Assembly: GCA_036677145.1 (NCBI GenBank)
Contig: JAKFFF010000034.1
Span: 48,202 to 112,201, forward strand
Direction: 5' to 3'
From: Alcaligenaceae bacterium
GTDB taxonomy: Bacteria > Pseudomonadota > Gammaproteobacteria > Steroidobacterales > Steroidobacteraceae
Length of the DNA: 64,000 nucleotides
Numbering within the stretch: position 1 is the stretch's first letter; every line of letters begins with the position of its first letter. This document shows positions 47,220 through 56,867 of this stretch, in pieces. A model generated the notes under the pieces. That model was not told where the DNA came from, did not search any database, and worked only from the letters and a program-made list of their open reading frames with translations. The position numbers and the translations under genes were made by a program.

Positions 47220-48260
47220 GTGATGTCCAGATCGGTGTTCAAACTGGCGTGCTGCGCGCTCCTGGGCGCAGTGCTCCTCACGTCCTGCGATGACGGCGCT
47301 CCGAAAGAAATCGTCTTGCTCAACGTGTCCTACGATCCGACGCGCGAGTTGTACGAGGACATCAACACAGCGTTCGCCAAGGAGTGGGAAAGTACTCACG
47401 GGCAGAAAGTACGCATCAGTCAGTCGCATGGTGGCTCCGGGCGCCAGGCGCGCGCGGTCATCGACGGCCTTCCGGCGGATGTCGTCACGCTCGCGCTGGC
47501 CGGCGATATCGATGCGATTGCCCAGAAGGGGAAGATGTTGCCGCTCAACTGGGAGGAGCGGATGCCGTACAACAGCGCGCCGTACGTCTCGACCATCGTT
47601 TTCCTCGTGCGCGCCGGCAATCCAAAGAATATCCGTGATTGGGACGATCTGATCCGCGAGGACGTGCAGGTCATCACGCCGAATCCGAAAACGTCGGGCG
47701 GCGCGCGCTGGAACTACCTGGCCGCCTGGGCGTGGGCCGAGACGCAGCCCGGCGGTTCACAGGAAAGCGCGCGGGAATTCGTGCGCAAGCTCTATCGCAA
47801 CGTGCCGGTGCTGGACACCGGCGCGCGCGGGTCGTTGACGACTTTCGCGCAACGCGAGATCGGGGACGTGGCCATCTCGTGGGAGAACGAAGCGCACCTG
47901 GCCCTGCGCGAGTTGGGGCACGACAAGCTCGAGATCGTCGTCCCGTCCATCAGTGTGCTCGCGGAGCCTTCGGTGGCCGTGGTGGATCGCGTGGTCCTGC
48001 GGCGCGGCACACGCGCGGTCGCGCAGGCTTACCTGGAGTTTCTGTATACGCCCGAAGGGCAGGAAATCGCCGCGAAAAATTTCTACCGGCCGCGCGATCC
48101 GGCGATCCAGGCGAAATACGCCGCGCAGTTCCAACCGGTGAAGCTGGTCGACATCGATCACTTCGGCGGCTGGACCGCCGTGCAGAAAACCCATTTCGCG
48201 TCCGGCGGAATTTTCGATCAGGTCACGGCTACCGGCGCCACGGTGAATCACCAGCGCTGA
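47220..48260 (+). CDS. sbp: Sulfate-binding protein (Sbp/CysP family), probably lipidated
   Basis: 346 aa. Start is GTG 47220 or ATG 47223. Lipobox-like LLTSC. Motifs: [47 protein letters not shown]. Confidence 0.9.
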   Translation: MMSRSVFKLACCALLGAVLLTSCDDGAPKEIVLLNVSYDPTRELYEDINTAFAKEWESTHGQKVRISQSHGGSGRQARAVIDGLPADVVTLALAGDIDAIAQKGKMLPLNWEERMPYNSAPYVSTIVFLVRAGNPKNIRDWDDLIREDVQVITPNPKTSGGARWNYLAAWAWAETQPGGSQESAREFVRKLYRNVPVLDTGARGSLTTFAQREIGDVAISWENEAHLALRELGHDKLEIVVPSISVLAEPSVAVVDRVVLRRGTRAVAQAYLEFLYTPEGQEIAAKNFYRPRDPAIQAKYAAQFQPVKLVDIDHFGGWTAVQKTHFASGGIFDQVTATGATVNHQR

Positions 48261-48265
48261 TGCGG

Positions 48266-49735
48266 TCAGCCGGTGGCGTGGCGCTCCCGGTGCCCGGCAT
48301 CCCGCGCGCCGGTCTGCGCGAGACGGCGCGCGAGCGCCGCCGCGTGCACGCGCAACTCAGGCACCGCAGTGGCCTCCCAATCCCGCGCGCGCAACCAGGG
48401 ACCGACGTAGTACAGACGGTCCACGGGATTGCCATCGCGCGCGATCACGCGGCCGTCCTGGGCCACATCGATGCCGACCGACAATTCGTCGCCGCGGATC
48501 AGCCCACCCGACAACAGCGAACGCACGAGCGGATTGACGAGGTTGGTTGTACGGCCGTCGGGTCCCGTGCAGTTGACGACGCGATCCACCAGCCACGCGC
48601 GCGAGCGCGCCGCGCCACGCGGGCGCCACTGGATTTCGACGGCATCCTCCACCAGCCGCGCCGACTCGATCCTTCCGGCATGCACGTTGAGCACACCGGC
48701 GCGCGCCAGTGATTGCACCGCGGCCAGCGGGCCGCTGGGCGCGCGATGGCGATGCACATCCCAGAGCGCGCGCGCGTGCCGCAGGAAGCGCGCTCGTTCG
48801 TGACGATCGAGCGCCTGCCATTGCGCGGGAAGCTGGCTGCGCGCCAGCGCGAGAACCTCGCGCCAGTCGCCACCGGAGGCCTCGACCGCGCGGATCAGCG
48901 TGCCAAAGGCGTGGACCAGCCGGCGCGTGGAGCCGCGCGCGTCATCGAGCGCCGCGCGTACGTCGGGTTTGCGGGCCGGCCGTGATTCGGCGGTCTGGGG
49001 CAGGGGCAGCCAGCCGTGACGCGACAAAACGTGGATGTGCCGCACTCGCGGCCGTATGGCCGCGAGCCGCAACGCGGCATCGATCATCGTGAGGCCGCTG
49101 CCGACGAGCAGCACGCTGTCGATCTCGCCGGATGCCCCGATGCTCCAGGGATCGTGCACGTAACGATCGCTGCGTTCGATCGGCGCCAGTTCGCGCAGGC
49201 CCGCCGGCGGCGCATTGCCCAATGCGAGCACCACGTCATCGGCGCGCAGCGCGCTGCCGTCGTCGAGCCACAACTCCCAGTGTCCGCCGGCGCGGCGCAA
49301 TTGCAGCGCGGTGGCGCGTTGATGCACGCAGCTCACGTGCGCCGGCGCCGCCGCGCGTGCCGCCTCGAAGCGGGCGCGCAGGTAATCGCCGTAAACCTGG
49401 CGCGGTAGATAGTCGCCTTCGGCGGCGTGGATTCCCTGCAAGCGCGCGAATTCCAGGAAATCACGCGGTGTGTCTGGATCGAGCGACATCTGTCCGGCGG
49501 CCACGTTGAGCGGGTACGGATAGTCACGCGTCGCATAGACCACGCCGGCGCCGATCTGCGCGCGCGGCTCGATCAGGATGATACGGGTCGCGTGGTCCGG
49601 CGGGTTCCGCAGAAGCCCGATCGCGACCGCGGTGCCGGAGAATCCCGCGCCGACGATGGCGATGACTCGCTGCGCATCGGGTGAAATGACCGAATGGCGA
49701 GCGGGTTGCGCCGCTCCGTGGCTGGGGACCTGCAT
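48266..49735 (-). CDS. FAD/NAD(P)-binding protein (YdhS/COG4529-like)
   Basis: ATG 49735 (MQVPSHG) inside ORF 48266..50047. Dinucleotide motif IAIVGAGFSGTAVA and a second motif VLLVGSGLTMIDAAL. Confidence 0.75.
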   Translation of the reverse strand: MQVPSHGAAQPARHSVISPDAQRVIAIVGAGFSGTAVAIGLLRNPPDHATRIILIEPRAQIGAGVVYATRDYPYPLNVAAGQMSLDPDTPRDFLEFARLQGIHAAEGDYLPRQVYGDYLRARFEAARAAAPAHVSCVHQRATALQLRRAGGHWELWLDDGSALRADDVVLALGNAPPAGLRELAPIERSDRYVHDPWSIGASGEIDSVLLVGSGLTMIDAALRLAAIRPRVRHIHVLSRHGWLPLPQTAESRPARKPDVRAALDDARGSTRRLVHAFGTLIRAVEASGGDWREVLALARSQLPAQWQALDRHERARFLRHARALWDVHRHRAPSGPLAAVQSLARAGVLNVHAGRIESARLVEDAVEIQWRPRGAARSRAWLVDRVVNCTGPDGRTTNLVNPLVRSLLSGGLIRGDELSVGIDVAQDGRVIARDGNPVDRLYYVGPWLRARDWEATAVPELRVHAAALARRLAQTGARDAGHRERHATG

Positions 49736-49932
49736 GCGCGGAAGTATCCCCAGCGCGTGGTGACACCGTCGATTCTGGCCGGGTATGAATTGGGTTATGC
49801 CGCGCCGCGCCTTAGAACTTTTTGAGTTGACCGACGACCAAGGCATACGCAGGTTGCATTGCCCGGGCGAAGTCCGGTTTGATGCGCAAGCGTTCGCGTC
49901 GTCCCATTCGACGAATTCCAAGGAGTGATTGC

Positions 49933-50934
49933 ATGCGTTCGATCTTTCCGGGCAGCCTGGCGCTGATTCTGGGTTTTTCCGCCATGAACACAGCGTCGGC
50001 CGCGCCGGAAAAGATGCGGGCCGTGGAGATTCGCCAGAGTGGCGCACTGACCGTGGAGACGCGCCCCGTGCCCAGGCCCGGCGCGGGCGAAGTCCTCATC
50101 AAGGTACGCGCGGCGGGTGTGAATCCGGTGGACTGGAAAAGCGCGCGAAGGCGCGTGGGTCTCGTCGCCGGCACCGACGTATCCGGCACGATCGATACGC
50201 TGGGTGAAGGCGTCACCGGCTGGAAGGTGGGCGATCCGGTGCTGGGTTTCGCGCGGCAGAGCGGAAGTTATGCCGAATACGCCGTCGTTCCCGTGAGCGC
50301 GCTCGGCCGGAAACCGAAATCACTGACCTTCGAGGAAGCGGCCGGCATTCCGATCGCGGCGGAGACCGCGTATCGCTCGCTGCACGAAGCCGCGAAAATC
50401 GCGCGCGGCCAGACCGTGCTCATCCATGGCGCGGCAGGCGGCGTCGGTACCGCGGCCGTGCAGATCGCGAAGGCCGCGGGCGCGCGGGTCATCGGCACCG
50501 CGTTGCCCGACAATCACGATTTCCTGCGTTCGCTCGGCGCCGATCAGGTGATCGACTATCGCGGCCAGAGATTCGAGGACGTCGTCAAGAACGTCGACAT
50601 TGTGCTGAATACCGTGAACCCGGAGGCCAATGCGCGTTCGATCGCGATCGTGCGTCCGGGCGGAGTGCTCGTGTCGATCATCGGACCGCCGGACGCCGTG
50701 GCCTGCGAAGCCGCGAAAATCCGCTGCGCCCGGCCGGATCGCGAAACGGGCGCGAGCATCGCGGAGCTGCTCGCACGCGTCGCCGAGCTGGCCGATGCGG
50801 GCAAGCTCAAGGTGCCGGTGCAGAAAACCTTCGCGATGGCGGACGCCGGAAAGGCCTGGGAGATCTCGCGCACCGGTCACGCGCGCGGCAAGCTCATCAT
50901 CAAGATATCCGACGGCGCCGCGAAGCCGCGGTAG
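49933..50934 (+). CDS. Medium-chain quinone-oxidoreductase-like dehydrogenase with an apparent signal peptide
   Basis: ATG 49933 has a strong AAGGAG 7 nt upstream and yields MRSIFPGSLALILGFSAMNTASA. The MDR core starts at MRAVEIRQ (alternative ATG 50014, weak RBS). Motifs: GEVLIKVRAAGVNPVD, IHGAAGGVGTAAVQIAK. Confidence 0.8.
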   Translation: MRSIFPGSLALILGFSAMNTASAAPEKMRAVEIRQSGALTVETRPVPRPGAGEVLIKVRAAGVNPVDWKSARRRVGLVAGTDVSGTIDTLGEGVTGWKVGDPVLGFARQSGSYAEYAVVPVSALGRKPKSLTFEEAAGIPIAAETAYRSLHEAAKIARGQTVLIHGAAGGVGTAAVQIAKAAGARVIGTALPDNHDFLRSLGADQVIDYRGQRFEDVVKNVDIVLNTVNPEANARSIAIVRPGGVLVSIIGPPDAVACEAAKIRCARPDRETGASIAELLARVAELADAGKLKVPVQKTFAMADAGKAWEISRTGHARGKLIIKISDGAAKPR

Positions 50935-50982
50935 ATCGTGGCAAGCTTGTCTGGCGCGCCAGCCCGGCGCGGAGGGGACCTC

Positions 50983-52413
50983 ATGCGAAAAGAAACGTGG
51001 CTCGTCACGGCCGCGATGATTGGCGTCCTGGCCAGCGCCGGAGTTGCGGCGAATCCGCTGGACGAAGCGGCCGTGCGGCTCGGCGTGGAACGCATCCAGA
51101 GCCTGGAGTTCGAGGCGCGCGGAACTTACTACCAGTTTTCACAGGCGCCGGCGCCGGATCTGCCGTGGCCTGCCTTCACGGTGGACAAGTACATCGCGAC
51201 GCTGGATTACCAGCGCCGCGCGGTGCACGCGAAATACCACCGCGTGCAGGTGCAGGAGCCGGGACGCGCGCGGCCGCATGCCGAGGCGACGATGGACCAG
51301 TATGCGCTGGACGGCATGAGCTGGAATCTGACGCCCGCGCCGATCGCGATGCCGACCAATGTCGCCGAGCGCAATGCGGAACTGTGGGGTTCGCCGCAGG
51401 GGTTCATCAAGGCGGCGCTGGCGCACTCGGCCAGCGTGAACTCGCATCCCGATGGCACGACGGTGAAGTTCAACATCGGCCCGGACCGGTTCGAAGGCAT
51501 CGTGAATCGGGCAGGTGAAGTCGTCGCGGTGAAATCCTTCATCGATTCGCCGGTGCTCGGCGACACGCCGATCGAGTTTCGCTACAGCGACTATCGCGAC
51601 TTCAACGGCGTGCGGTTTCCGGCGCGCATCGAGCGGTTCGTCGCGGATCTGCCGTGGTACGTGCTCGAGGTGAGCTCGGTGCGCGTGAACCAGGCCGCGG
51701 CTTTCGTCGTCCCGGCGGAGGTCGCGGGAAATCCGGCGCCGTCGGTCGCGCAGGTGGACGTCACCGAACTCGCGCCGGGAGTGTGGAATTTTGGCGGCGG
51801 CTCGCACAACAGCGTCGTCATCGAGCAGCGCGCGGGTATCGTGGTCATCGAAGCGCCGCACAACGAGCAGCGTTCCGCGGCGGTCATCGCGAAGATCCGC
51901 GAAAAGTTTCCGCGGCGCCCGATCACGCATGTCGTGAACACCCACGCGCATTTCGATCATGCGGGCGGCTTGCGCACCTACGTTGCCGAAGGCGTGACGG
52001 TGGTTACGCACGAACGCAACGCGAAGTATTACGCACGGGTCTGGCAGCAGCCGCGCACGCTGAATCCGGATCGCCTCGCGAAGTCGCCGCGTGCGCCGAA
52101 GTTCGAGACATTCACGACCCGGCTCGTGCTTCCCGATCCGTCGCAGCCCATCGAGCTGCACGCAATCGAGGGCAGCGGCCACAACGACGCGTTCGCCATG
52201 GTCTATCTTCCGGCCGCGAAGTTGCTCGTCGAAGGGGATGCCTGGACACCGGCGCCGCCGGGCGCAAAACCGCCCACCGTGAACCCGCTGTGGTTGAACC
52301 TGCGGGACAACATCGAGCGACTGGGGCTCGACGTGCGCCAGATCCAGCCGCTGCACGGCGGGCTGCAGAGCCGCGAGGATTTCGAGCGGGCGTTGGGACG
52401 GGACGGAAAGTGA
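50983..52413 (+). CDS. Secreted MBL-fold metallo-hydrolase with a long N-terminal domain
   Basis: ATG 50983 is preceded by GGAGGGGA. Signal peptide MRKETWLVTAAMIGVLASAGVAA. HxHxDH motif: NTHAHFDHAGG. Confidence 0.8.
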   Translation: MRKETWLVTAAMIGVLASAGVAANPLDEAAVRLGVERIQSLEFEARGTYYQFSQAPAPDLPWPAFTVDKYIATLDYQRRAVHAKYHRVQVQEPGRARPHAEATMDQYALDGMSWNLTPAPIAMPTNVAERNAELWGSPQGFIKAALAHSASVNSHPDGTTVKFNIGPDRFEGIVNRAGEVVAVKSFIDSPVLGDTPIEFRYSDYRDFNGVRFPARIERFVADLPWYVLEVSSVRVNQAAAFVVPAEVAGNPAPSVAQVDVTELAPGVWNFGGGSHNSVVIEQRAGIVVIEAPHNEQRSAAVIAKIREKFPRRPITHVVNTHAHFDHAGGLRTYVAEGVTVVTHERNAKYYARVWQQPRTLNPDRLAKSPRAPKFETFTTRLVLPDPSQPIELHAIEGSGHNDAFAMVYLPAAKLLVEGDAWTPAPPGAKPPTVNPLWLNLRDNIERLGLDVRQIQPLHGGLQSREDFERALGRDGK

Positions 52414-52458
52414 GACCGGCGCTCGAGCGGCGCGCGTCCAGGTCGACTAACTAGAATG

Positions 52459-52492
52459 CCGGAGGGCGGAAGCCGCGGCTGCCGCCCTCCGG
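52459..52492. terminator. GC-rich hairpin between convergent genes (weak bidirectional terminator candidate)
   Basis: CCGGAGGGCGG-aagccgcggctg-CCGCCCTCCGG: an 11 bp perfect stem. There is no clear T-run on the + side. Confidence 0.4.
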
Positions 52493-52499
52493 TATCGCA

Positions 52500-53834
52500 T
52501 CAGTTCGACGCTGCCGTCACACGGACATCCGCGGGAGCTTTCTCGGCGAGCAATTGCTCGATGCGCTGGGTGAACTCCTTGTCCTGGCGGGCATAGAAGT
52601 CACCGGCGGAAGGCGAGGCGAACCCGGCGTGCACCGCGCGCACCGTGCCGTCACGTCCCACGAACACCGTGGCGGGCCAGGTGTTGAGGTTCAGCAGCTG
52701 CGGCACCTTCTCCCACATCTCTTCCGGCGCGCCGGCGAGTAGATAGGGATACTTGACGCCGTACTGGCTGACGAACGCCTTGGCGCGCTTGAGTGATTCC
52801 TGCTGCTCGACTTCCTCGAAGTTGAGCGCGACGATGGACAGGCCCTGGTCGCGGTATTTCTTGTCGAGCTGAATCAGGTATTGCGCCTCGTCGTGGCAGT
52901 TCGGGCACCAGGTGCCGGTCACGATGGCGAGCACGACCTTGCCCTTGTGCGCGGGGTCATCGTTGCTTTCGACTTTGCCGTCGAGGTTCGGGAACGCGAA
53001 CGTGAACTTCTCGTTCGGATCACGCGTGGTGGTGTGGGCGAGGGGGTTGGACGGTTGCGGCAAGCCCTTCGCGCGCGCGACCGCCGGACGATACGCCGTC
53101 AGCGCCGGTGCGTAGCGGCCATCGGGCGCGGTGTCGTAGCTGCCCGATGCGGCATTACGCGGCGCGCGTTGTCCGACCTGCACGATCTGCAACGAACCAT
53201 CGGCGGCCGGCGTCACTTCGATCACGCCGGGACGCGAGCCGTCGAAGTGACTGAGCACCCACTTGCCGTCCTTGTAGAGACCGCTGTAGGCGCCGGTGTC
53301 GCCGTCGATGCGCAGGATCGACGCGGCAACTTCCGCGCCTCGCTGGTCGACGATGAAACGGAACGCCTTCTCGCCCTTGGACGAGGGCTCACGCAGCGCG
53401 ATTTCCCAGTCACCCGCGATCGACGGAGCCGGTACGGATTTCGCGGCGTTGAATGCGGCCGCGTCATGCGGCGCGGCCTTGAAGCCGTACTCCGAGCGAT
53501 TGCCGCGATTCTGCGCGACCACGTCGCCCACGAGTTTGCCGTTCTCGAACTTCGCCGTGATCGTGGTGAGGTAGTGGTCGATGTTCAGCACGAGCTCACC
53601 GTTCTTGAAGCTGGCGCTGGTGGTGTATTCGTAGGCGCGGAAGCCGTCGTACAACGTTCCCTTGAGCGTCGGGCCCGATCCGCTGATGTCCAGCCGGAAG
53701 GGGATGACGGTGTCCTTGTGAACGAGTTGGGCGTCCCAGCGTCCCTCGAGTTTGTCGCCGGCCAGCGCTGTCGCGCTGCCCGCGATCAAGACCGCGAGGC
53801 TCGCGATCCGGGTGGTCACTTTCATGTCTCTCAT
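52500..53834 (-). CDS. Periplasmic TlpA-like thioredoxin-fold protein with a duplicated N-terminal domain
   Basis: 444 aa. ATG overlaps the upstream stop (ATGA). It has a signal peptide. Two related N-terminal modules begin GRWDAQL... and GDWEIAL.... The C-terminal redoxin domain carries WCPNC. Confidence 0.82.
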   Translation of the reverse strand: MRDMKVTTRIASLAVLIAGSATALAGDKLEGRWDAQLVHKDTVIPFRLDISGSGPTLKGTLYDGFRAYEYTTSASFKNGELVLNIDHYLTTITAKFENGKLVGDVVAQNRGNRSEYGFKAAPHDAAAFNAAKSVPAPSIAGDWEIALREPSSKGEKAFRFIVDQRGAEVAASILRIDGDTGAYSGLYKDGKWVLSHFDGSRPGVIEVTPAADGSLQIVQVGQRAPRNAASGSYDTAPDGRYAPALTAYRPAVARAKGLPQPSNPLAHTTTRDPNEKFTFAFPNLDGKVESNDDPAHKGKVVLAIVTGTWCPNCHDEAQYLIQLDKKYRDQGLSIVALNFEEVEQQESLKRAKAFVSQYGVKYPYLLAGAPEEMWEKVPQLLNLNTWPATVFVGRDGTVRAVHAGFASPSAGDFYARQDKEFTQRIEQLLAEKAPADVRVTAASN

Positions 53835-55195
53835 CTCCGTTTGTTTGAAGCTGTGGGCGTGAACAATCGAGTCGGCAAGCGGTTGGCGAGCGCGTAGTCA
53901 TGCCATTCGCGCGGCAGTCCGGGCTTGGTCTGCAGCAGGATTTCCAGGATCGCGCGCCGGTCCTGTGACGACAGCGACGCGAAATCCGGGTGCTGGTCCT
54001 GGCCGCTCAGCACTTCGAGCAGGCGGCGATAGACGTAGCCCTTCGAGGGTTCGGGCAGCGCGTCGAATGCATCCGAATAAACCAGGTAGCTGAGCGGGTA
54101 ACGGAACAGCCGCGTCTCGAGGTCGAACTCACGGAGTGAGCGGCCGCGCGAATCGAATGGTCCGCGCGCCGCGAATTCGCGCGCGAACGCGGATTCGCCG
54201 ATCACCTGCGCCGCATCGAGATCCGGCAACCGCGTTTCGTTGACGAACAGCAGGTAGCGCAACAGCTGTTCCGCGGGTTTCTTGAGCTGCGTCAGCGCCG
54301 CCTCCGACAGATCCGCCGGGGAGCTGGCGCCCTGGTCGTGCAGCGCGATGCGCGTGCGATAGTTGGTCAGCGTGATGAGGTTGTGCATCTGCGTCTGGTG
54401 ACCGAGCACCAGCAGCGCGACCCCATCACTGGTCGGCGCGAGAAATGTCCCGGGATCGAAAGCATCGGCGAAGTTCGCGAGCGGCGCCGACTTCGCCGAT
54501 GCATCCGCGGCGGCCACCGCGTTGGCCATGGTCTTCGCGGCAAGCGGTCCCGAGACGTACCAGCCACCCCAGCGCTCGGCGAGCGCGCTTTCCTGGTCGG
54601 TGATGTACGCCCGGGCGCCCGGCACCGGCGTGCCATTTGAATTGGGATGCACCGAGCGCATGAGCACGCCGGGAACTCCACGCGTACCAGCGGCGATGTG
54701 GCATTGCGTGCAGTCGAGTTCGGCGCGCTCGAAGCGGGGTTTCTCCGTCTGCTGCTCGTGCAGGATGAAAAAGATCGCTCCCTGCTGCTTGTCGAAGGAG
54801 ACCACCTCGATCTCCTTGCCCTCGTGCACCACGCCGATGTAGATGTCGTCGTTGAAGTAGAGTGCACGCGGAAACTGCGGCGAGATCTTCGGGTACTGGA
54901 AACTGGTTTTCGAGAACACCAGCGTCTGCGAGCTCACCGGAATCTCCAGCAGCTGCAACACCGATTTCAGGTAGCCGTGCGCGCCCGCCTGGTATTCGAG
55001 CCGGGCCTTGCCGGCGTCGAGCTTCTTCTGCAGCAGCGTGACCGCGTCCGAAATGTCCTCGGAGCGGTAGTAGATAGGCGCGTCGCTGTAGGGAATGTAG
55101 CCCTGGTTGCGCACGGCGATCTGCGCCGACGCCGGCGTCGCTGCCGCCAGCATCGATATGACCAGCGCAGTGGTCAGCGCGAAGCTTCTCCTCAC
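53831..55195 (-). CDS. Secreted mono-haem (single CxxCH) protein of unknown family
   Basis: GTG 55195 overlaps the upstream stop (GTGA); ATG 55234 is also possible. Signal peptide FALTTALVISMLAAATPASA. The only two Cys residues are in LDCTQCH. Confidence 0.75.
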   Translation of the reverse strand: MRRSFALTTALVISMLAAATPASAQIAVRNQGYIPYSDAPIYYRSEDISDAVTLLQKKLDAGKARLEYQAGAHGYLKSVLQLLEIPVSSQTLVFSKTSFQYPKISPQFPRALYFNDDIYIGVVHEGKEIEVVSFDKQQGAIFFILHEQQTEKPRFERAELDCTQCHIAAGTRGVPGVLMRSVHPNSNGTPVPGARAYITDQESALAERWGGWYVSGPLAAKTMANAVAAADASAKSAPLANFADAFDPGTFLAPTSDGVALLVLGHQTQMHNLITLTNYRTRIALHDQGASSPADLSEAALTQLKKPAEQLLRYLLFVNETRLPDLDAAQVIGESAFAREFAARGPFDSRGRSLREFDLETRLFRYPLSYLVYSDAFDALPEPSKGYVYRRLLEVLSGQDQHPDFASLSSQDRRAILEILLQTKPGLPREWHDYALANRLPTRLFTPTASNKRR

Positions 55196-55602
55196 GGAAA
55201 ATACTCCGGCGGGCTGCTGCGTCCCTGGTGGCAACTGCCGCAGGTGACCGGCAGTGAATAGCGGCGGTCGCCGCCGAGCTGCGCGAGGTGTTTGCCGTTG
55301 ATGTCATCGAGCATGGAAATCATGATCCTGGCGATGTGCTTGCGGGGGTTCTCGTCGGAGGCGTAATCGATCACGCTGGTCTCGCGGTCCTCCACGTGGC
55401 AATAACTGCACGAGACGCCGAGCTCGCGTTCGTATTGCTTCATGAGTCCACGGACGTCCTGCCGCGTGAGCGTTGCCGGCAGCACCTGCAGGTTCGTGAG
55501 GGCTTCACCGGAATTGCCGGGCGCCTGTTTCGCGTACGTCGCCATCGCGGCCGCTGCGAGCGCGATGGTCGCGAGCGCCGTCGCCGCGGCTCGTGTCGTC
55601 AT
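55192..55602 (-). CDS. Small c-type cytochrome resembling the photosynthetic reaction-centre cytochrome c subunit family (two CxxCH)
   Basis: ATG 55602 inside ORF 55192..55680. Signal peptide, NLQVLP, LGVSCSYCHV, KHIARIMISMLDDIN, VTCGSCHQG. Confidence 0.8.
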   Translation of the reverse strand: MTTRAAATALATIALAAAAMATYAKQAPGNSGEALTNLQVLPATLTRQDVRGLMKQYERELGVSCSYCHVEDRETSVIDYASDENPRKHIARIMISMLDDINGKHLAQLGGDRRYSLPVTCGSCHQGRSSPPEYFP

Positions 55603-55616
55603 CGCCGGCGCCACGA

Positions 55617-56120
55617 TCAGCCTGCCGCGATACGGATGTTCTGGCGGATCAGGTGGCAGGAGCCGTTCACTTCGTAACAAGCCTGACCGCTCAGCGTGGC
55701 CTCGATCGGCCCGCCGTCCGCGGGCAGGCGGATGCGCTGGCGCAGTTCAGCGCGCTCGCTGAAGTATCCGTATTCCGCGTTGATCGATGCGTCATGTTTG
55801 CGTTTCGCGCCGACGGAGCGCAGCGCATCGATGAGCTCGAACGAGGAATTCGGCGCGCGCTTCAATTTCGCGGGCAATGGGCCGAGCTCCGCCTTGAAGT
55901 CGGAGGAATACACGACCCAGTCTGGCGCGACCTTCGCGACGAGCACGAGCACAGCTTCGCTGCCCGGCTGCGCCGTCGCCGGCTCGAGGTACCAGCTCCA
56001 TTCAATGGCCTGATGCGCGTCTTCCTGTGCGCCCACCGGAATCGCGGCGATCAACGCGAGTACCGCGAGCGCCAATACGATCCGCAGTGCGTCGTTTTCC
56101 CATCGCCCGCGAGTCTTCAT
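55617..56120 (-). CDS. DsbD N-terminal (DsbD-alpha / PF11412-like) domain protein
   Basis: 167 aa with a signal peptide. Motifs AQPGSEAVLVLVAKVAPDWVVYS and a terminal Cys pair GQACYEVNGSCHL. Confidence 0.7.
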   Translation of the reverse strand: MKTRGRWENDALRIVLALAVLALIAAIPVGAQEDAHQAIEWSWYLEPATAQPGSEAVLVLVAKVAPDWVVYSSDFKAELGPLPAKLKRAPNSSFELIDALRSVGAKRKHDASINAEYGYFSERAELRQRIRLPADGGPIEATLSGQACYEVNGSCHLIRQNIRIAAG

Positions 56121-56177
56121 CGCAATCCCTTGAGTGGTTAGTCAGCTGGACTGCGACGCTAACGGCTGGACGGAAGA

Positions 56178-56290
56178 GCGGGAAATTGCGTTATCGAATT
56201 CGCTTATGCGCGGAGCGCGACGGAGAGGCTGCGGTTACGGCGCTGTTACCGGCTGTGCGGGAAATCGCACAATTGCATTCGCTTATTCCC
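56178..56290 (+). promoter_or_regulatory. Two approximately 34 bp direct repeats in the divergent promoter region
   Basis: GCGGGAAATTGCGTTATCGAATTCGCTTATGCGC (56178..56210) and GCGGGAAATCGCACAATTGCATTCGCTTATTCCC (56257..56290). About 25 of 34 positions are identical, and the starts are 79 bp apart. Confidence 0.5.
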
Positions 56291-56366
56291 ATTCCGTCGT
56301 TCCACGCGGGAATGCCGCGTGGTGTCGTGGGCATCCCGAAAACGTTTGTTAGGGAGACACGAGACG

Positions 56367-56858
56367 ATGTCCAGCAGGAAGATGTTGACGAAATACACGG
56401 CCGTGGCGGCACTGGCTGCAAGCGGCGCAATCGCGGCGATTGCGGTCGCGCAGACACCCCCGGCCGGCCCGACGCCCGCGGAGCGGGCGATCGAGTACCG
56501 CCAGGCCGTCTACAAGGTCGTCGCGGGCAATTTCGGTCCGCTCGCGCAGGTCGCCCAGGGCAAGGCGCCGTTCGATGCGGCGAAGGCCCGCAGGAACGCC
56601 GAACGACTGGCGGCGATTGCTGCTTTCCTGCCGGACGCGTACCCCGACATCTCCAAGGAAGGCAAGACCCGCGCCAAGCCCGAGGTGTGGACGAATCGCG
56701 CGGAGCTCGACCGGCGCATCGCGGAATTCGGCGAGCACACCCGTGCACTGGCCGTGGTAACCGCGCGCAGTGAAACTGCCACGGACGAATTCAAGGCCGC
56801 GATCGGCGCCGTCGGCAACGACTGCAAGGGTTGCCACGAGAATTTCCGCAGCCAGTGA
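56367..56858 (+). CDS. Cytochrome c' (class II cytochrome c)
   Basis: ATG 56367 inside ORF 56319..56858. Signal peptide and a four-helix-bundle-type sequence (RQAVYKVVAGNFGPL) with C-terminal CKGCH. Confidence 0.85.
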   Translation: MSSRKMLTKYTAVAALAASGAIAAIAVAQTPPAGPTPAERAIEYRQAVYKVVAGNFGPLAQVAQGKAPFDAAKARRNAERLAAIAAFLPDAYPDISKEGKTRAKPEVWTNRAELDRRIAEFGEHTRALAVVTARSETATDEFKAAIGAVGNDCKGCHENFRSQ

Positions 56859-56867
56859 GCCGCTGAC

